From: Polyangiaceae bacterium
GTDB taxonomy: Bacteria > Myxococcota_A > Polyangia > Polyangiales > Polyangiaceae
Length of the DNA: 64,000 bases
NCBI GenBank assembly: GCA_044376115.1
Contig: JBILLK010000024.1
Coordinates: forward strand, 104,598 to 168,597
Direction of reading: 5' to 3'
A model generated the notes under the pieces. The model did no database searches. It worked only from the letters and a program-made list of their open reading frames with translations, and was not told where the DNA came from. This document shows, one piece after another, positions 61,486 through 64,000 of the stretch. Position numbers and translations under genes: made by a program. Numbering within the stretch: the stretch's first letter is position 1; each line of letters starts with the position of its first letter.

Positions 61486-63159
61486 ATGAAGCGAACGCAA
61501 CTCGTATGTGGTTTGGGCTTGGTCCTGTCGGCGCTGGCGGCTTGTAGTGACAGCGGGACCACGGCCACCGGCGCTGGAGGCAGCGGCGGTAGCGGTGGGG
61601 ACGTTGCTGGCGGCGGCGGCGCTCAACAGCAAGGCGGCGGTGGCAACGGTGGCACTTCCCAAGGCGGAAACGGCGGCGCGGCGCAGGGAGGCGGCGGCGA
61701 AGCGGGCGGAGTCGCCAATGGCGGCGCTGGCGGAGCCGGTGGAGCCGGTGGTGCTGGTGGTGCAGGCGGTGCAGGTGGCAACGGCGGTGCAGGCGGTGGC
61801 GCTGCTGACGGTAGCGACGGCTCGCCCTGCGAAACCGATATGGATTGCAACGGCGGCCTTTGCCTCAACGAGATGGAGACCGGCTTGCCAGGCGGCCAAT
61901 GCACCGAGGACTGCAGCCAGGGCTTGACGTGCACCGACCCAGCGAGCGTCTGTCTCGAGGTCGCAGAGGGCACCTCGGTTTGCTTCCGCCTGTGCGACGC
62001 CACGATGATGGGCAGCTGCGGTGCGCCCGCGACGCTCGACTGCATCGACCTCGACGCCCCCGCTCCAGATGCCTGCTTGGCAACGTGCACCGCCGACACC
62101 GACTGCACCGTGGCTGGGAATGTCTGCCAGGCCGGGCTCTGTGCTCCGCCTGAGGTCTGCGACAACATGACCGACGACGATCTCGACGGTGATACGGACT
62201 GCGCCGACGCAGATTGCGCGATGGCGATGGTTTGCACCGCGGCCTGCAACATGGCCCCTGTCGCGATGGCGATGAATGCGGGCAACACCGCCAACGGCAC
62301 CAACCTGCTGGGTAGTGATTGCACGTTGGGACCGGCCGGCGGTGAGGTCGTTTACAGCTACACCGCTGCAGGCCCTGGCACGCTCGCGCTGACCTTGGTC
62401 TCCGCAACCGACCAAGGCCTCCACGTGCGAACGGGCTGCGCCAGCGGAGAGCTCGCCTGCTCCGACCAGTTTGTCGGCGGGACGAACGAGACGCTCTCGG
62501 TGCCGCTGTCGCCGGCCAACCTTTCGGTGTTCATCGTGGTGGACGCGTATTCGGCTGGGCAAGAAGGCCCCTTCACGATGTCGCTCACCTTCACCCCGGC
62601 GCCCCCGGAGAATTGCATCAACTTCGCCGACGACGATCTCGATGATCGCCCGGACTGCTCAGACAGCGTCTGCACCGGCACGGCTCCCTGCCTCCCCGGC
62701 GCCACCGCGCTCAACGGGACATGCACCGCCAACACCAACTGCGCCTCGGTTGCTGGAGGTGATCCGGTGTGCCTCACCCCGGCGGCTGGGGTCAACGTGA
62801 ACATGTGCTCGGAGTGGTGCAACCTGGCCGCCAATGATTGTCCGATGGGCGCCGAATGTGTCGACGTTGGCTACCCTGCCGTCGGACTTTGCTTGAGCAC
62901 CTGCACCGTGGTTGGTGATTGCCCGATGGCCTTCGACTGCGTTCAGGGCAACTGCCTGCCCTCGGTGCCGGCGGCTTGGACCTGCGACGACGCCTACTTC
63001 TTTGACGGGCCGTGCGACTGCGGTTGCGGTGTGCAAGACCCCGATTGCGAAAACAACCTCGTCGCGAGCTGCGACTACTGCGATGACATGGGCTCCTGCA
63101 GCGCCACGGCCTGCCCGGGGACCATCAACCCGACCAACAACGCCGCGTGCACGAACTGA
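61486..63159 (+). CDS. Cys-rich lipoprotein with Gly-rich linker and beta-sandwich (PPC-like) domain
   Basis: LAAC lipobox, GGA repeats, EVCDNMTDDDLDGDTDCADADC repeats, EVVYSYT..IVVDAY, CDCGCG..DPDC. Confidence 0.85.
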   Translation: MKRTQLVCGLGLVLSALAACSDSGTTATGAGGSGGSGGDVAGGGGAQQQGGGGNGGTSQGGNGGAAQGGGGEAGGVANGGAGGAGGAGGAGGAGGAGGNGGAGGGAADGSDGSPCETDMDCNGGLCLNEMETGLPGGQCTEDCSQGLTCTDPASVCLEVAEGTSVCFRLCDATMMGSCGAPATLDCIDLDAPAPDACLATCTADTDCTVAGNVCQAGLCAPPEVCDNMTDDDLDGDTDCADADCAMAMVCTAACNMAPVAMAMNAGNTANGTNLLGSDCTLGPAGGEVVYSYTAAGPGTLALTLVSATDQGLHVRTGCASGELACSDQFVGGTNETLSVPLSPANLSVFIVVDAYSAGQEGPFTMSLTFTPAPPENCINFADDDLDDRPDCSDSVCTGTAPCLPGATALNGTCTANTNCASVAGGDPVCLTPAAGVNVNMCSEWCNLAANDCPMGAECVDVGYPAVGLCLSTCTVVGDCPMAFDCVQGNCLPSVPAAWTCDDAYFFDGPCDCGCGVQDPDCENNLVASCDYCDDMGSCSATACPGTINPTNNAACTN

Positions 63160-63182
63160 GCTAGTCGAGGGTTGGTGCAACA

Positions 63183-63218
63183 GAGGGGCTCGAGTTGACT
63201 CGAGCCCTTCGCGTTTTC
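63183..63218 (+). terminator. intrinsic terminator
   Basis: 12-bp stem GAGGGGCTCGAG/CTCGAGCCCTTC (one G-U) followed by GCGTTTT. Confidence 0.7.
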
Positions 63219-63268
63219 AAATGGCAGCTCACGCGCTTTCAAATGGCCCGATTCACAACCCAGTGCGG

Positions 63269-63649
63269 ATGCACGTGATCGGACCAACTGTCACGCACGC
63301 TCTCTGGCTCGAGGACGGCACGTGGTTCGTTGCCGACGAATTGTTCGGGATAAAAATTCTGTCAGCGTCGCTGCACAAGAATGAGCCGTTCGACCCATTC
63401 TTTATGGAGGCCCGTGCGGCGGCGACGGCGTGGGAATGGTTCACCGACTTACCCCGCGAGCAGTTCGAAGCGGCATTTAAGATCGCGACGCTCCCGGTTG
63501 GCTCCGAGGTCGACCAGGCGTCGGCGGCCTTCTTCAAAGGTGATACCGAGAAGCATTGGCTCGCTGAGCAACGGCTCGCGAGCCTTGGCTTGAAGATAAA
63601 GCTGGTCGACGTCCCGAGCATTTGGGAGCTGGGGGCGAGCGAAGACTGA
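63269..63649 (+). CDS. hypothetical protein
   Basis: 126-aa ORF (alternative ATG at 63221); AT-richer codons; no motif recognised. Confidence 0.6.
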   Translation: MHVIGPTVTHALWLEDGTWFVADELFGIKILSASLHKNEPFDPFFMEARAAATAWEWFTDLPREQFEAAFKIATLPVGSEVDQASAAFFKGDTEKHWLAEQRLASLGLKIKLVDVPSIWELGASED

Positions 63650-63684
63650 GCGGCGGTTCAGACCGCGTTTCCCGCACAAAACCT

Positions 63685-63868
63685 GGATCACCCGCCCTAA
63701 ACAGCCCTCCCCACCCTCCTCGGGCGGATCACCCGCGAAAAACCGCCCTCGTCCACCATCTCCGAGCGGATGATCCGCCCGTTGAGACGCCAGGCGCTCC
63801 ACTCGAGCGGATGATCCGCCTCGTAAGTGCCTGACCTTGCGTAGCCGAGGGCGGTTGATCCGCTCGGA
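63685..63868. repeat. array of five palindromic GCGGAT(G/C)A(T/C)CCGC-type motifs at 41-44 bp period
   Basis: Cores start at 63685, 63726, 63768, 63809, 63853; spacers are non-identical. Confidence 0.8.
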
Positions 63869-63874
63869 AGTCGG

Positions 63875-64000
63875 TGTCAGGCGCCTCGAATTCTTGACCC
63901 CTTTGCGCCCGTAAAACTGACCCCCTCGGGTTTGACTATCTTGCCTGATCTGAGCCGGCGTTGACCAGCCCTGCGCGCTTCTTCTGTTTGAGCCTGTAGC
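63875..64000 (-). mobile_element. IS21-family insertion sequence, right end (partial)
   Basis: Terminus TGTCAGGCGCC... with two subterminal GCGCC..TGACCCC repeats (63881, 63905), adjacent to the istB 3' end. Confidence 0.85.
63936..64000 (-). CDS. istB: IS21 helper ATPase IstB, C-terminal fragment
   Basis: Minus strand reads (S)YRLKQKKRAGLVNAGSDQAR*, matching the typical IstB SYRLK..++AG C-terminus. Confidence 0.8.
   Translation of the reverse strand, partial: YRLKQKKRAGLVNAGSDQAR

Noticed and set aside
63622..63834. 70-aa ORF with ADHP/ADDP repeats
   Set aside because: Simply the translation of the DNA palindromes; the period is not consistently a multiple of 3
63685..63868. CRISPR array
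   Set aside because: Repeats are only ~13-18 bp, degenerate and of mixed orientation, with a ~42-bp period; no cas genes

Overview
GC-rich chromosomal segment, most likely from a Myxococcota bacterium of the Polyangiaceae/Sorangiineae type. This is inferred from MYXO-CTERM-like tails, many Cys-rich Gly-linker lipoproteins and CDGxDNDCD repeats. The core is a minus-strand ribosomal cluster, rplV-rpsC-rplP-rpmC-rpsQ-rplNXE-rpsN-rpsH-rplFR-rpsE-rpmD-rplO-secY-adk-infA-rpmJ-rpsMKD-rpoA-rplQ (31.1-43.4 kb). It starts abruptly at rplV with no rpsJ..rpsS, and is preceded by a strongly base-paired ~240-nt leader. Flanking genes include tex, fxsA, a DUF2892/ECF-sigma/anti-sigma module, an M23 peptidase, a VWA/Gly-rich adhesin plus FGE-fold lipoprotein pair, fhs, a surface-anchored GH25 lysozyme, an ABC1 kinase, an SDR, beta-carbonic anhydrase/SulP, two histidine kinases flanking an Fe-S CCG protein, a GAF/HD-GYP protein, a porin, a PBP, tdk, a UvrD/Rep helicase and many lipoproteins. 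Read directly from the sequence and absent from the ORF track: rpmJ; a 40-aa, 50% Lys/Arg ORF with its own SD and terminator; a headless membrane-protein ORF in the -1 frame behind a C-AAA-AAG motif; a ~42-bp-period palindrome array; and the right end of an IS21-family element (IR plus istB tail) at the window edge. Product calls rest on motif recognition only; no searches were run.
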